DNA of 64,000 bases from an uncultured Alphaproteobacteria bacterium (GCA_902570155.1 CACFXU010000005.1:50529-114528); one strand, 5' to 3'. Counted from the first letter of the stretch, positions 50,858 to 60,086 are shown. The notes: generated by a model from the letters alone, not told the origin. Program-made: numbers and translations.

Positions 50858-50896
50858 AAATTGTTTCTATAAATCAATTGTAAAAAATGGAATAGT

Positions 50897-50929
50897 AAAA
50901 AAAAAGGCCGTAAAAAATTACGGCCTTTT
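50897..50929 (-). terminator. intrinsic terminator after the binding-protein gene
   Basis: aaaaggccgtaa-aaaa-ttacggcctttt (50902-50929) with a long U-tract on the minus strand. Confidence 0.8.
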
Positions 50930-50949
50930 AAAAATAATTTTGCTTAGAT

Positions 50950-51867
50950 CTACATAAAGTCTGCAGCGTTTTCTTTAGTAACTAATACAGTTCCAGTATC
51001 AATGTTATCTGGAATGCTCTCACCATTAGCTAATTTAAGTGCATTTTCTACACCCATGTATCCCATATTGTATGAGAATTGAGCAATAGTTGCTGACATT
51101 TCACCAGCCATTACACTTGCAGCAGCATCAGGGTTAGCATCAAATCCAACAACGACAACATCATCTAGCATATCAGCATTTTTTAATGCTTGGATAGCAC
51201 CTAGACCCATATTATCGTTAGAAGCAAAGATTGCTTTTAGATTTGGGTTACCAGTGATGATATCTTCCGTTACTGACATACCTTGTGCAGTATCCCAGTT
51301 AGCTGGAAGTTCAGCAACAATGTTCATGCCACATGCTTCAAGACCTTTGTGTGATCCTTCAGCTCTGTGTTGACCAGTAGTTTGCGTGATCATTCCTTGA
51401 AGGATTGCAACATCAGAACCACTTGGAACATTATCACAAATGTATTGAGCAGCTAAAGCAGCACCATTGATATTGTTTGTACCAATGAAAGTTACACCTT
51501 CATTAATTCCATTAGTATCAATGTATACAACTGGAACACCTGAAGCCATTGCATCATCAAGAATTGGTGCAACTGCGTTAGGGTCAGTTGGTGCAATCGC
51601 TATACCGTCTACACCTTTAGCAATTTGGTCTTCAATTTGCGCTACCTGAGCCATAACATCACTCTCTTGTGGTGGTGAAAGGATAATAAGGTTTACACCT
51701 AATTCTTCAGCAGCATCTTTAGCACCAGCTTCAACTGAAGCCCAAAAAGGGTTTCCAGCACCTGGTCCTTTAGTACTTAGCATAATTGTTTTTGCATGTG
51801 AGCCTGCTAAAAGACTACCTGAAAAAAACAATACAGAAGTAGTAATTATAGAAATAAAAAATTTCAT
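50950..51867 (-). CDS. sugar ABC substrate-binding protein (RbsB-like)
   Basis: NPFWASVEAG, IFASNDNMGLG, VVGFD, IDTG; AGGAGG SD. Confidence 0.92.
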   Translation of the reverse strand: MKFFISIITTSVLFFSGSLLAGSHAKTIMLSTKGPGAGNPFWASVEAGAKDAAEELGVNLIILSPPQESDVMAQVAQIEDQIAKGVDGIAIAPTDPNAVAPILDDAMASGVPVVYIDTNGINEGVTFIGTNNINGAALAAQYICDNVPSGSDVAILQGMITQTTGQHRAEGSHKGLEACGMNIVAELPANWDTAQGMSVTEDIITGNPNLKAIFASNDNMGLGAIQALKNADMLDDVVVVGFDANPDAAASVMAGEMSATIAQFSYNMGYMGVENALKLANGESIPDNIDTGTVLVTKENAADFM

Positions 51868-51892
51868 TTTTCCTCCTAAAATTTTTTTCTAA

Positions 51893-51936
51893 CCATTAAT
51901 CAAAAATGAATTTCTAATCAAGTGACTGTTTGTCAG
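51893..51936 (-). promoter_or_regulatory. candidate internal promoter with an abutting TGAC-N5-GTCA palindrome
   Basis: Minus strand CTGAC-AAACA-GTCAC directly followed by TTGATT-N17-TAATGG, upstream of the SBP gene. Confidence 0.3.
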
Positions 51937-51956
51937 AAAATGATTATTTTTTGATA

Positions 51957-52964
51957 TTATGTTCTGGTTGCAAGTTGTCTTCTTAGAACATCGATATAAA
52001 CAGCCAAAATAATAATTGACCCAATAAGAACTTGTTGCCAAAAAACACTAACATTCATTAGATTTAGACCATTTCGGAGTATACCCATAATCATGACTCC
52101 AGCAAATACACCTAAAACAGTTCCTCTACCCCCAAAGAAGCTTGCTCCACCTATAATGACTGCTGCAATCGCATCTAGCTCAGATTGTAAACCAGCATTT
52201 GGATAAGCAGAATTCGTTCTTCCAGCTAAAATTAAACCTCCAATACCAGCCAAGAAACCACAAAGGGTGTAAACTACGATTAAAATTCGATCTACATTAA
52301 TACCTGCTGCCCTAGCTGCTCCTGGGTTACCTCCAATCGCATAAATCCATTTACCTATTCTTGTATGATTTAAAAATATCCAAAAGATAAAAAATATTAC
52401 AATCATTAAAATTAAACTTGTGGGTATATACTCTCTAGCGCCTTCTCCAAAAATTACATCTAGTTTAATTTTACCATTTCCTATAACTCGAATCTGTTCA
52501 GCAAAACCTGTTATTGGAACGCCTCCAGAAATAAGGTTTCCAATTCCTCTAAATATATAAAGCGTCCCTAGTGTCATTATGAATGGATGAGGCATTCGAA
52601 GTAAGGTAATTCCAATACCATTAAACATACCACACAAAAATCCAATTGCTGGGGCAACTAACATGACAACGTACCAAGGCATTCCTGCCTTCGAAGCAAT
52701 AGCGAGTCCCATTAATGATAACATAATAATTGAACCGACTGATAGATCTATACCTGCAGTTACAATGACCATAAAGACACCAAGTGCTAACATAGACTGC
52801 CAAGAAACTTGTTTAAAAATATTTGTTACATTTCTCCATGATAAAAAAACATCAGGTTGCAACAAATGCAAAACAGCTATCATTATTAGGATAAGTAATA
52901 AGATTCCATATCTTTCAAAAAAAGGAATAAGTCTGACAAATAAAGATTCTTGATTCTTATCCAT
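51957..52964 (-). CDS. sugar ABC permease (RbsC-like)
   Basis: AGIDLSVGS, PFIMTLG, ELDAIAAVIIGG; start 52964 coupled to the ATPase stop (TAATG). Confidence 0.93.
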   Translation of the reverse strand: MDKNQESLFVRLIPFFERYGILLLILIMIAVLHLLQPDVFLSWRNVTNIFKQVSWQSMLALGVFMVIVTAGIDLSVGSIIMLSLMGLAIASKAGMPWYVVMLVAPAIGFLCGMFNGIGITLLRMPHPFIMTLGTLYIFRGIGNLISGGVPITGFAEQIRVIGNGKIKLDVIFGEGAREYIPTSLILMIVIFFIFWIFLNHTRIGKWIYAIGGNPGAARAAGINVDRILIVVYTLCGFLAGIGGLILAGRTNSAYPNAGLQSELDAIAAVIIGGASFFGGRGTVLGVFAGVMIMGILRNGLNLMNVSVFWQQVLIGSIIILAVYIDVLRRQLATRT

Positions 52965-53710
52965 TAATCTTTTTTCCCCATGATCCATCCAATCACTTCG
53001 TCCCTTGAAGTGTTTTTTAATTCTGATTCAGCGAAGTTTGTTCCTTGAAAAAGTGCCATTACGCGATCACAAACAGTAAAAATATCATCCATTCGATGGC
53101 TAATTACTATTACACTAACACCTAACTTTTTAAGATTTAAAATTAAGTCTAAAACTTTCCCAACTTCCTTAACAGCAAGTGCTGCTGTTGGTTCATCCAT
53201 CAATACAATTTTTGCATTAAAAGCTGTAGCTCTAGCAATTGCAACTGCCTGTCTTTGTCCACCTGATAATTCTTCAACTTTTTGATCAGCACTTTTTACA
53301 TTTATTTTTAGTTTTGCAAGATGTTCTTCGGTTAACTGTTTTCTTTTTTTATGATCTAAAAAATTGAATGGACCAACTTTTCTTGTTGGTTCTCTTCCTA
53401 GAAAAATATTATCACCGATAGGGAGATTCCCAGCTAGCGCTAAATCTTGATATACCATTTCTAAGCCCAAATTTTGTGAGTCTCTGGGACTATTTAAAGT
53501 TACTTTTTCCTTATCAAAAAAAAGTGAACCTTCGCTTGGCTTATATAATCCTGATAAAACTTTCATTAATGTAGATTTCCCAGCACCGTTATCGCCGACG
53601 ACACCAAGAACCTCACCTTTATTTAAATGAAGATCTACATTTTGAAGAGCTGTAATAGTACCAAAAAATTTCGAAACTGATTTAGCTTCTAGTACTAAGT
53701 TATCTGACAT
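52964..53710 (-). CDS. sugar ABC ATPase (CUT2, single NBD)
   Basis: GDNGAGKST, LSGGQRQ, MDEPTAAL. Confidence 0.93.
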   Translation of the reverse strand: MSDNLVLEAKSVSKFFGTITALQNVDLHLNKGEVLGVVGDNGAGKSTLMKVLSGLYKPSEGSLFFDKEKVTLNSPRDSQNLGLEMVYQDLALAGNLPIGDNIFLGREPTRKVGPFNFLDHKKRKQLTEEHLAKLKINVKSADQKVEELSGGQRQAVAIARATAFNAKIVLMDEPTAALAVKEVGKVLDLILNLKKLGVSVIVISHRMDDIFTVCDRVMALFQGTNFAESELKNTSRDEVIGWIMGKKD

Positions 53711-53730
53711 AGTGTGTTTTTAAATAAATT

Positions 53731-54759
53731 TTAATTAATATCAACTGGTTTTGAACGTAAATACTTAACAGTTTCTCTTTCAGCTTTTTTGCATAATTTA
53801 GGAGGCAGGCCTTTTGAAATAAGTTTTAAATCTTGAATTACTAATTCACCCATCTCTTTAAACGCGCTGTCTAATGCGCCGGCTCTATGTGGAGAAAAAA
53901 TTACATTTTTGAGTTTTCTTAATTTATGTTTTTTAGGAAATGGTTCTTGTGGAAAAACATCAATGGCAGCAAACACATTTCTATTTTTCAAAAAATTAAA
54001 AAAATCATCAAAATTTATTATGGCTGCTCTACTCATTAAGACAAACACTGATCCATCTTTTATTAATTTAAGTTTAGAAGAATTAATCATTGATTCATTA
54101 GAGGAAGTAATGGAAGCCAATACATAAATGATATCAGCATTTTTGAGTAACGAATTTAAACTGGTTGGCTTAACATCAAATTTTTCGATTTCTTTATTGG
54201 GAATCCAAGGATCATAGGCAATGATGTTATTAGAGAATGCTTTGAGTATAGGAATAAGTGATTTAGCTAAATCACCAAAACCAATTAAACCAAATGTTTT
54301 ATTTTTTATTAAAAAATTATTCTGACTTATTGCACCACCATATTTTTCTTTTTTTGAAATAAAGTCTGAGTGAGCAATATGGATACTTCTAGCTATAGAT
54401 AAAGTAAGACCCATTGCCATTTCAGCAACAGGTTGAGCAAACACAGGCGATGTTGCTAAAACATGTATTCCTTTTCTAAAACAATAATCGTAATCCATAT
54501 TGTCCATAAAATTGCTTTCTACATTAAATATTGCTTTAAGTTTTGTAGATTTAGAAATTAAGGATGAAGGTAAATTGGGTTGCCCAAAGATATATTCTGC
54601 CTTTGGTAAATTTTTTTCATAAAAATTATTTTTATTTTTATTTGGGGCAGTAATAAGTTTAAAATTATTTTTTAAGTATTTTAAATTTTCTTTAGAAAAA
54701 AGTAGGTCCATTGTTCTTGGATATGGATCTAATAAAATTATAGGCTTGTTTTGACTCAT
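53731..54759 (-). CDS. D-isomer-specific 2-hydroxyacid dehydrogenase family protein
   Basis: GLIGFGDLA, YDPW, SRAA, DVFPQEP, SPHRAG. Confidence 0.88.
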   Translation of the reverse strand: MSQNKPIILLDPYPRTMDLLFSKENLKYLKNNFKLITAPNKNKNNFYEKNLPKAEYIFGQPNLPSSLISKSTKLKAIFNVESNFMDNMDYDYCFRKGIHVLATSPVFAQPVAEMAMGLTLSIARSIHIAHSDFISKKEKYGGAISQNNFLIKNKTFGLIGFGDLAKSLIPILKAFSNNIIAYDPWIPNKEIEKFDVKPTSLNSLLKNADIIYVLASITSSNESMINSSKLKLIKDGSVFVLMSRAAIINFDDFFNFLKNRNVFAAIDVFPQEPFPKKHKLRKLKNVIFSPHRAGALDSAFKEMGELVIQDLKLISKGLPPKLCKKAERETVKYLRSKPVDIN

Positions 54760-54795
54760 ACAATTTTTAAAATTTAGAAAAAGAAATTTATTTTT

Positions 54796-56640
54796 TTATA
54801 CGCCCTTACGTTGTTTATTTTTTCCTTCTAAAAATTCGTTAAGAGCTGATTTCTTACCTTCGGTATCATCCACTTCAAGTGTTGGACTTTCCCAAAAAGC
54901 TGTTCCTTCTAACCATTCATATCCATCTGTTTTCATAGAAATTACGTATGTTTTGTCTGATTCTTTTGCTCTTTTGAAAGCAGCCTCTAATTCTGAAATA
55001 GATTTAACAGTCTCACCATTTGCCCCCATACTTTTTGCGTGAGCTTCAAAATCTACAAACTGTACATTTGTCGCTCTTGCAGCATTGAGATTGCAAAGAT
55101 ATTCATTGCCACCTTTTGCTAATTGCAATCTATTGATAACCATGTGACCACCATTATCACAAACAACTATAATTAATTTTTTATCATATAAAACTGAACT
55201 GTAGATATCGCTGTTTTGTAAGAGGTATGAACCATCGCCTACAAATACAATTACATCTTGTTCAGGTTTTGCCATTTTGATTCCAAGTGCACCTGATATT
55301 TCATAACTCATGCAACTAAACCCCCATTCAGTTTCAAAGGTATTTAGTTCTTTAGGTTTCCATATTTGAACCACTTCTCCAACTAACCCTCCAGCTGCAG
55401 TGACCACAATATCTGATGGATCTGAGTTTCTATAAACTGCACCTACAGCATGAGCATAGGATGGTAATTCTTGATTTGTTGGTCCACTTTCTTTGGCAAC
55501 ATATTCATCCCATTTATTTCTTTCCTCAATTGAACGCTGGTACCAATTATCTGGTGCTTTCCAATCTCCTAATGCTTTTGATAATTCTTGAAGTCCAATT
55601 TTTGCATCACTTACAACAGGAGTAGCGCGATGTTTTGTAGTATCAAATCGTGAAGTATTTATTGATACAAGTTGAAAATTTTCATTTTCAAAATTAGTCC
55701 AAGAGCCAGTTGTAAAGTCTCCTAACTTTGTTCCCACAGCTAGTGCTAAATCTGTATCGGTAGCAAGGTTATTAGATGAGCCTTCCCCTAAGCATCCAAT
55801 TGCACTTATATAATAAGGATCATCTTTTTTCATACAACCAATACCCATCACAGTTGCTGTTACAGGAATATTATGTTTTTTTGCAAAAGCGGAAATCTCC
55901 CCTTCTGCTTCTGAATATAAAACACCTCCACCTGAAATAATAATAGGTTGTTTAGATTGTTTTAATTTATCAGCTGCCTTTTGTATTTGATTTGGATCAG
56001 GATGAATTCTTCTAATTTCATGAATTTTTTCTTCAAAAAAAATTTCAGGATAATCATACGCTTCTCCTTGAACATCTTGAGACATAGAAATTACTGCTGG
56101 GCCACAGTCTGCAGGATCAAGCATTACATTAATTGCTTGAGGTAAAGATGTTAAAATTTGTTCAGGTCTAGTAATTCGATCAAAATATCTTGATACAGAT
56201 TTAAATGAATCATTTTGAGTTTCTGAAGGAGAATTAAAATGTTCTACTTGTTGTAAAACAGGATCCGGAAAACGACTAGAAAATGTATCACCTGGTAAAA
56301 GTAAAATTGGAAGTCTATTACTTAAAGCAACTGCAGCAGCTGTAACCATATTAGTAGAACCAGGTCCAACAGATGAAGTTGCTACAAATATTTGTTGTCT
56401 TCTTTTGGCACGAGCATATGCAATACCTGTTAGTGCCATATTTTGTTCATGATGACCTCTGTATCCAGGAAGTTCATTTTGATATTCTTCCATGGCTTGT
56501 CCAATACAAGCAACATTACCATGGCCATAAATACCGAAAGCACCTGGAAATAATGGTACTTTTTTTCCATTAATTAAAATTTTTTGCATAGTTAAATATT
56601 TAATTAATGCATGTGAACATGACATTCTAACTGTTTTCAT
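54796..56640 (-). CDS. iolD: 3D-(3,5/4)-trihydroxycyclohexane-1,2-dione acylhydrolase (TPP-dependent)
   Basis: GIYGHGNV, PGSTNMVTAAA, PDPVLQQ, RYFDRITRPEQ, GFSCMSYEI, VGDGSY. Confidence 0.92.
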   Translation of the reverse strand: MKTVRMSCSHALIKYLTMQKILINGKKVPLFPGAFGIYGHGNVACIGQAMEEYQNELPGYRGHHEQNMALTGIAYARAKRRQQIFVATSSVGPGSTNMVTAAAVALSNRLPILLLPGDTFSSRFPDPVLQQVEHFNSPSETQNDSFKSVSRYFDRITRPEQILTSLPQAINVMLDPADCGPAVISMSQDVQGEAYDYPEIFFEEKIHEIRRIHPDPNQIQKAADKLKQSKQPIIISGGGVLYSEAEGEISAFAKKHNIPVTATVMGIGCMKKDDPYYISAIGCLGEGSSNNLATDTDLALAVGTKLGDFTTGSWTNFENENFQLVSINTSRFDTTKHRATPVVSDAKIGLQELSKALGDWKAPDNWYQRSIEERNKWDEYVAKESGPTNQELPSYAHAVGAVYRNSDPSDIVVTAAGGLVGEVVQIWKPKELNTFETEWGFSCMSYEISGALGIKMAKPEQDVIVFVGDGSYLLQNSDIYSSVLYDKKLIIVVCDNGGHMVINRLQLAKGGNEYLCNLNAARATNVQFVDFEAHAKSMGANGETVKSISELEAAFKRAKESDKTYVISMKTDGYEWLEGTAFWESPTLEVDDTEGKKSALNEFLEGKNKQRKGV

Positions 56641-56740
56641 ATGTTCCTTTCACAAAAAAAATAGATACTATTATAATAAAAAAATAATTTAAAGAGTTAA
56701 ACAATTTATTTTTCTAATATTTTAGAATATAAAATTATTC

Positions 56741-57706
56741 ATGAAAGTTGGGGTTGTTGGTGAAATTCATCCAAGTGGATATGAGATATTTGATAAAAAT
56801 AATATTGAATACTTTGTCACTAATAATATTGATGAAAATCATCTAATAGAAAAATTAAAAGATGTGGATGGTATTGTTGTAAGAACGGCGGAAATAAATA
56901 GAAAAATTCTCTCTCAAGCAAAGAACTTAAAAATTGTTGCAAGGCATGGTGTTGGCTATGACAATGTAGATATTGAATATTTAAATAATAATAAGATAGC
57001 TATGGCTATTACTGGAAGAGCAAATGCGACCAGCGTGGCTGAACATGTAATGACAATGATGCTTTGTTTAACAAAAAATATTTTTGAATCAGATAGATTA
57101 GTTAAATTAGGTAAATTTCAAGAAAAGGGTAATCTACCCAACTACTTTGAACTCTATAATAAAAAAATTTTAATTCTTGGTTTTGGTCGAATAGGAAAAG
57201 CTCTAGCAAAGAGATGTAGTGGGTTTGAAATGGAAATTTATGTGCATGATCCTTTTCTTTCAGATGAAGAAATAAAAAATAATAAATGTATCCCAATCAA
57301 TAAAGAAGAAGGCTTTAAAATTGCTGATTATATAAGTATCCATTTACCTTTAAATGAAGAAACTAAAAATTTGATTTCTTTTGATCAATTTGAAACCTTT
57401 AAATCAAATTTAATTTTAATTAATACAGCAAGAGGCGGTATAATTAATGAAGATGCTTTATATGAAGCTTTAAAAAATAAAAAAATTTTTGGAGCTGGTG
57501 TTGATGTATTTGAAAAAGAACCACCTATAGAAAATCATAAACTTTTTTCTGTAAATAATACTTTGCTAACTCCTCATAACGCTGCTTTAACTTTAGAATG
57601 TAGAAAAAGAATGTCAGTGGAATCGTGTGAAAATGTTTTTGATTTTTTAACTAAAAGTAAAAACTTAAATAAAAGTAATATTATAAATCTAAATATTTTT
57701 AATTAA
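56741..57706 (+). CDS. D-2-hydroxyacid dehydrogenase (short SerA-like)
   Basis: RHGVGYDNVD, SVAEH, GFGRIG, INTARGG, DVFEKEP, TPHNA. Confidence 0.9.
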   Translation: MKVGVVGEIHPSGYEIFDKNNIEYFVTNNIDENHLIEKLKDVDGIVVRTAEINRKILSQAKNLKIVARHGVGYDNVDIEYLNNNKIAMAITGRANATSVAEHVMTMMLCLTKNIFESDRLVKLGKFQEKGNLPNYFELYNKKILILGFGRIGKALAKRCSGFEMEIYVHDPFLSDEEIKNNKCIPINKEEGFKIADYISIHLPLNEETKNLISFDQFETFKSNLILINTARGGIINEDALYEALKNKKIFGAGVDVFEKEPPIENHKLFSVNNTLLTPHNAALTLECRKRMSVESCENVFDFLTKSKNLNKSNIINLNIFN

Positions 57707-58023
57707 ATATTAAGGTAAAGATTTCCATCTTCTTCTGTAATATCAAATATTTTTAATGGGCTCTGTTCTAAATCAGAAATAGAATCTCCAGATACAATAC
57801 TAAATTTATTTCCGCATGTTGGGCACTCTAGTTCTTCACCTTCAATACTAGATTCACTTAATAAAGTTTTTTCTGCACAAGGGCAATTTCCTTCAGTTGC
57901 AAAAAAGCCAGACTCAAGTCTATAAATTGCATAATTTACATCGTCGTATTCAAAATTTTCAACTGAGCCAACATCAATATCGTCAACTTCACCTATTAAG
58001 ATTGGCTCTATTTCGTCATTCAT
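57703..58023 (-). CDS. MocE/Rieske-fold ferredoxin-like protein with all-Cys ligand motif
   Basis: Acidic 106-aa protein with a Rieske-ferredoxin layout (YAIYR..FATEG.C.., ECP.., F...SG), but ligands C47-x-C49-x17-C67-x2-C70. Confidence 0.78.
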   Translation of the reverse strand: MNDEIEPILIGEVDDIDVGSVENFEYDDVNYAIYRLESGFFATEGNCPCAEKTLLSESSIEGEELECPTCGNKFSIVSGDSISDLEQSPLKIFDITEEDGNLYLNI

Positions 58024-58083
58024 AAAAAATTTGTAAAATAAAATTGAATTAGAATAAATATTTTTTTTAAGAAAGTTGTTGAT

Positions 58084-59238
58084 TTATCTGAATTTTAGAT
58101 TTTTTCTTGTGAGTTCTTTTACGTTAGAAACACCCATTAATTTCATATCTCGTTCAATTTCATTGCGTAAATTAGATAAACTTTTTTCGACACCTTTTTG
58201 ACCTCCTGCAGCCAAAGCGTACAAATACATTCTTCCACCAGAACAGGCTTTTGCACCAAGTGACAGTGCTTTTAAAACATGAGTACCTCTTCTGATACCT
58301 CCTTCACAAATTACGTCTATTTTATCTCCAACAGCATCAACAATTTCAGCTAGTTGATCAAATGGTGATCTTGAGCCATCTAATTGTCTGCCTCCATGAT
58401 TTGAAACCATTATAGCTGATGCACCTACATCTACAGCTTTTTTTGCATCGTCTACGGACATCACACCTTTAATAGCAAATTGACGGCCCCACTCTTTATT
58501 AATATTTTCCACATCTTTCCAACTCATAGAATTATCAAGCATTTTAGTGAAGTAATCTCCTATGGTTGTCATTACTGTTGTGCCCTCATTAATGTGATCC
58601 TTTAAATTACTTAATTCCCATTTTGGTTTTGTAAAATAATCGACTGCCCACTTTGGATGAAGCATAAAACTTAAAACACTATTGAGTTTTAATTTCATTG
58701 GAATTGTAAAACCAGTATATAAATCTCGTTCACGGTTTCCTCCAACAGCAGTATCTACAGTCACAGCCATTGCCTCAAAATTTGATTCCTTACATCTTTC
58801 TATAAGCGCTTTGTTTAGGCCTTTGTCTTTGTGAACATAGAGTTGAAATAATTTTGGTGTTTTGACTAAATTAGATATTTCTTCAATACTAGCTGTGCCT
58901 AAAGAAGAAATTCCGAACATTGTTCCAAATTTTTCTGCAGCTTTTGCAACTCCAATCTCACCTTCATGATGAAACAATCTTTGAAGAGCGGTTGGTGCAC
59001 AATATAATGGCATATCTAACTTTTGTCCCATTACAGTAGTTGACATATCAACTTTATTAACGCCGCTTAATACATTTGGAATCAAGTCACATTGCTCATA
59101 TGCATCTGTATTTCTTTTATAAGTTATCTCATCATCAGCAGCACCATCAATGTAATGGAATATTGGACTAGGTAGTCTTTTTTTTGCTAAGTTTCTAAAA
59201 TCTTTAACGTTATGACAATTATTGATATTGCCAAACAT
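58084..59238 (-). CDS. lldD: FMN-dependent alpha-hydroxy acid dehydrogenase (L-lactate dehydrogenase-like)
   Basis: FHYIDGAADDE, FQLY, TVD, GNRERD, VSNHGGRQLD, GGIRRG. Confidence 0.85.
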   Translation of the reverse strand: MFGNINNCHNVKDFRNLAKKRLPSPIFHYIDGAADDEITYKRNTDAYEQCDLIPNVLSGVNKVDMSTTVMGQKLDMPLYCAPTALQRLFHHEGEIGVAKAAEKFGTMFGISSLGTASIEEISNLVKTPKLFQLYVHKDKGLNKALIERCKESNFEAMAVTVDTAVGGNRERDLYTGFTIPMKLKLNSVLSFMLHPKWAVDYFTKPKWELSNLKDHINEGTTVMTTIGDYFTKMLDNSMSWKDVENINKEWGRQFAIKGVMSVDDAKKAVDVGASAIMVSNHGGRQLDGSRSPFDQLAEIVDAVGDKIDVICEGGIRRGTHVLKALSLGAKACSGGRMYLYALAAGGQKGVEKSLSNLRNEIERDMKLMGVSNVKELTRKNLKFR

Positions 59239-60086
59239 TAAGCCTGAATAGTTTTTTGAGTTTGTTCTCCCAGACCCTCAATACCAAGTTTCATAACATC
59301 ACCTGCTTTTAAAAATACTTGTGGTTTCATTCCCATACCAACTCCTGGGGGTGTGCCTGTTGAGATGATATCTCCAGGTTGTAATGACATAAATTGACTT
59401 AAATAACTAATTAAAAAGTTTACTCCGTAAACCATTGTGCTTGTTGATCCATCTTGCATTCTTTTACCATTTACATCAAGCCACATTTTTAAGTTTTGAG
59501 GATCTGGTACTTCATCAGTAGTAACCAAATATGGTCCAATTGGACCAAAAGTATCACAAGACTTTCCTTTAACCCATTGGCCAGAATGTTCTATTTGAAA
59601 TTCTCTTTCGCTGAGATCATTGATGACACAGTATCCTGCTATGTGTGATTGTGATTCGCTCTCAGAAATATATTTTGCTTCTTTTCCAATAATAACACCA
59701 AGCTCAACTTCCCAGTCAGACTTTACTGATTTTTTTGGAATCTCAACATTATCGTTTGGTCCAATAACTGCACTTGTTGCTTTTGCAAAAATAATTGGTT
59801 CAGGTGGAACTTTCTGACCTGTTTCTTCAGCATGATCAGAATAATTGAGGCCGATACAAATAAATTTTCCAATACTTTCTTTACACACACAAGGTGCATA
59901 TCCATCACTGTTTTCAACTAGAGGTAAAGATGTAGGATCAATTTTTTTTACTTCATTTAATTTACTAATAGTTACATTTTTATTATCCCAATCCTTAACA
60001 AGAGATGATACGTCACGAATATTTCCTTCTTGGTCAAGTATTCCTGCCTTAACTTCATTTCCAATTCTGTATCTTAAAGTTTTCAT
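59238..60086 (-). CDS. fumarylacetoacetate hydrolase family protein (candidate 2,4-diketo-3-deoxy-fuconate/rhamnonate hydrolase)
   Basis: CIGLNYSDH, DWEVELG, NDLSER, GQWVKGKS, TGTPPGVG; start 60086 coupled to the SDR stop. Confidence 0.85.
   Translation of the reverse strand: MKTLRYRIGNEVKAGILDQEGNIRDVSSLVKDWDNKNVTISKLNEVKKIDPTSLPLVENSDGYAPCVCKESIGKFICIGLNYSDHAEETGQKVPPEPIIFAKATSAVIGPNDNVEIPKKSVKSDWEVELGVIIGKEAKYISESESQSHIAGYCVINDLSEREFQIEHSGQWVKGKSCDTFGPIGPYLVTTDEVPDPQNLKMWLDVNGKRMQDGSTSTMVYGVNFLISYLSQFMSLQPGDIISTGTPPGVGMGMKPQVFLKAGDVMKLGIEGLGEQTQKTIQA

Noticed and set aside
26544-50929. Intergenic hairpins as a REP/MITE family or CRISPR-like repeats
   Set aside because: The stems are unrelated in sequence and not regularly spaced; their positions after SBP genes explain them.
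49695-50947. 12-bp inverted match (ctaagcaaaatt / aattttgcttag) bracketing the second Gfo gene
   Set aside because: Short and AT-rich, with no transposase or target-site duplication; compatible with chance.
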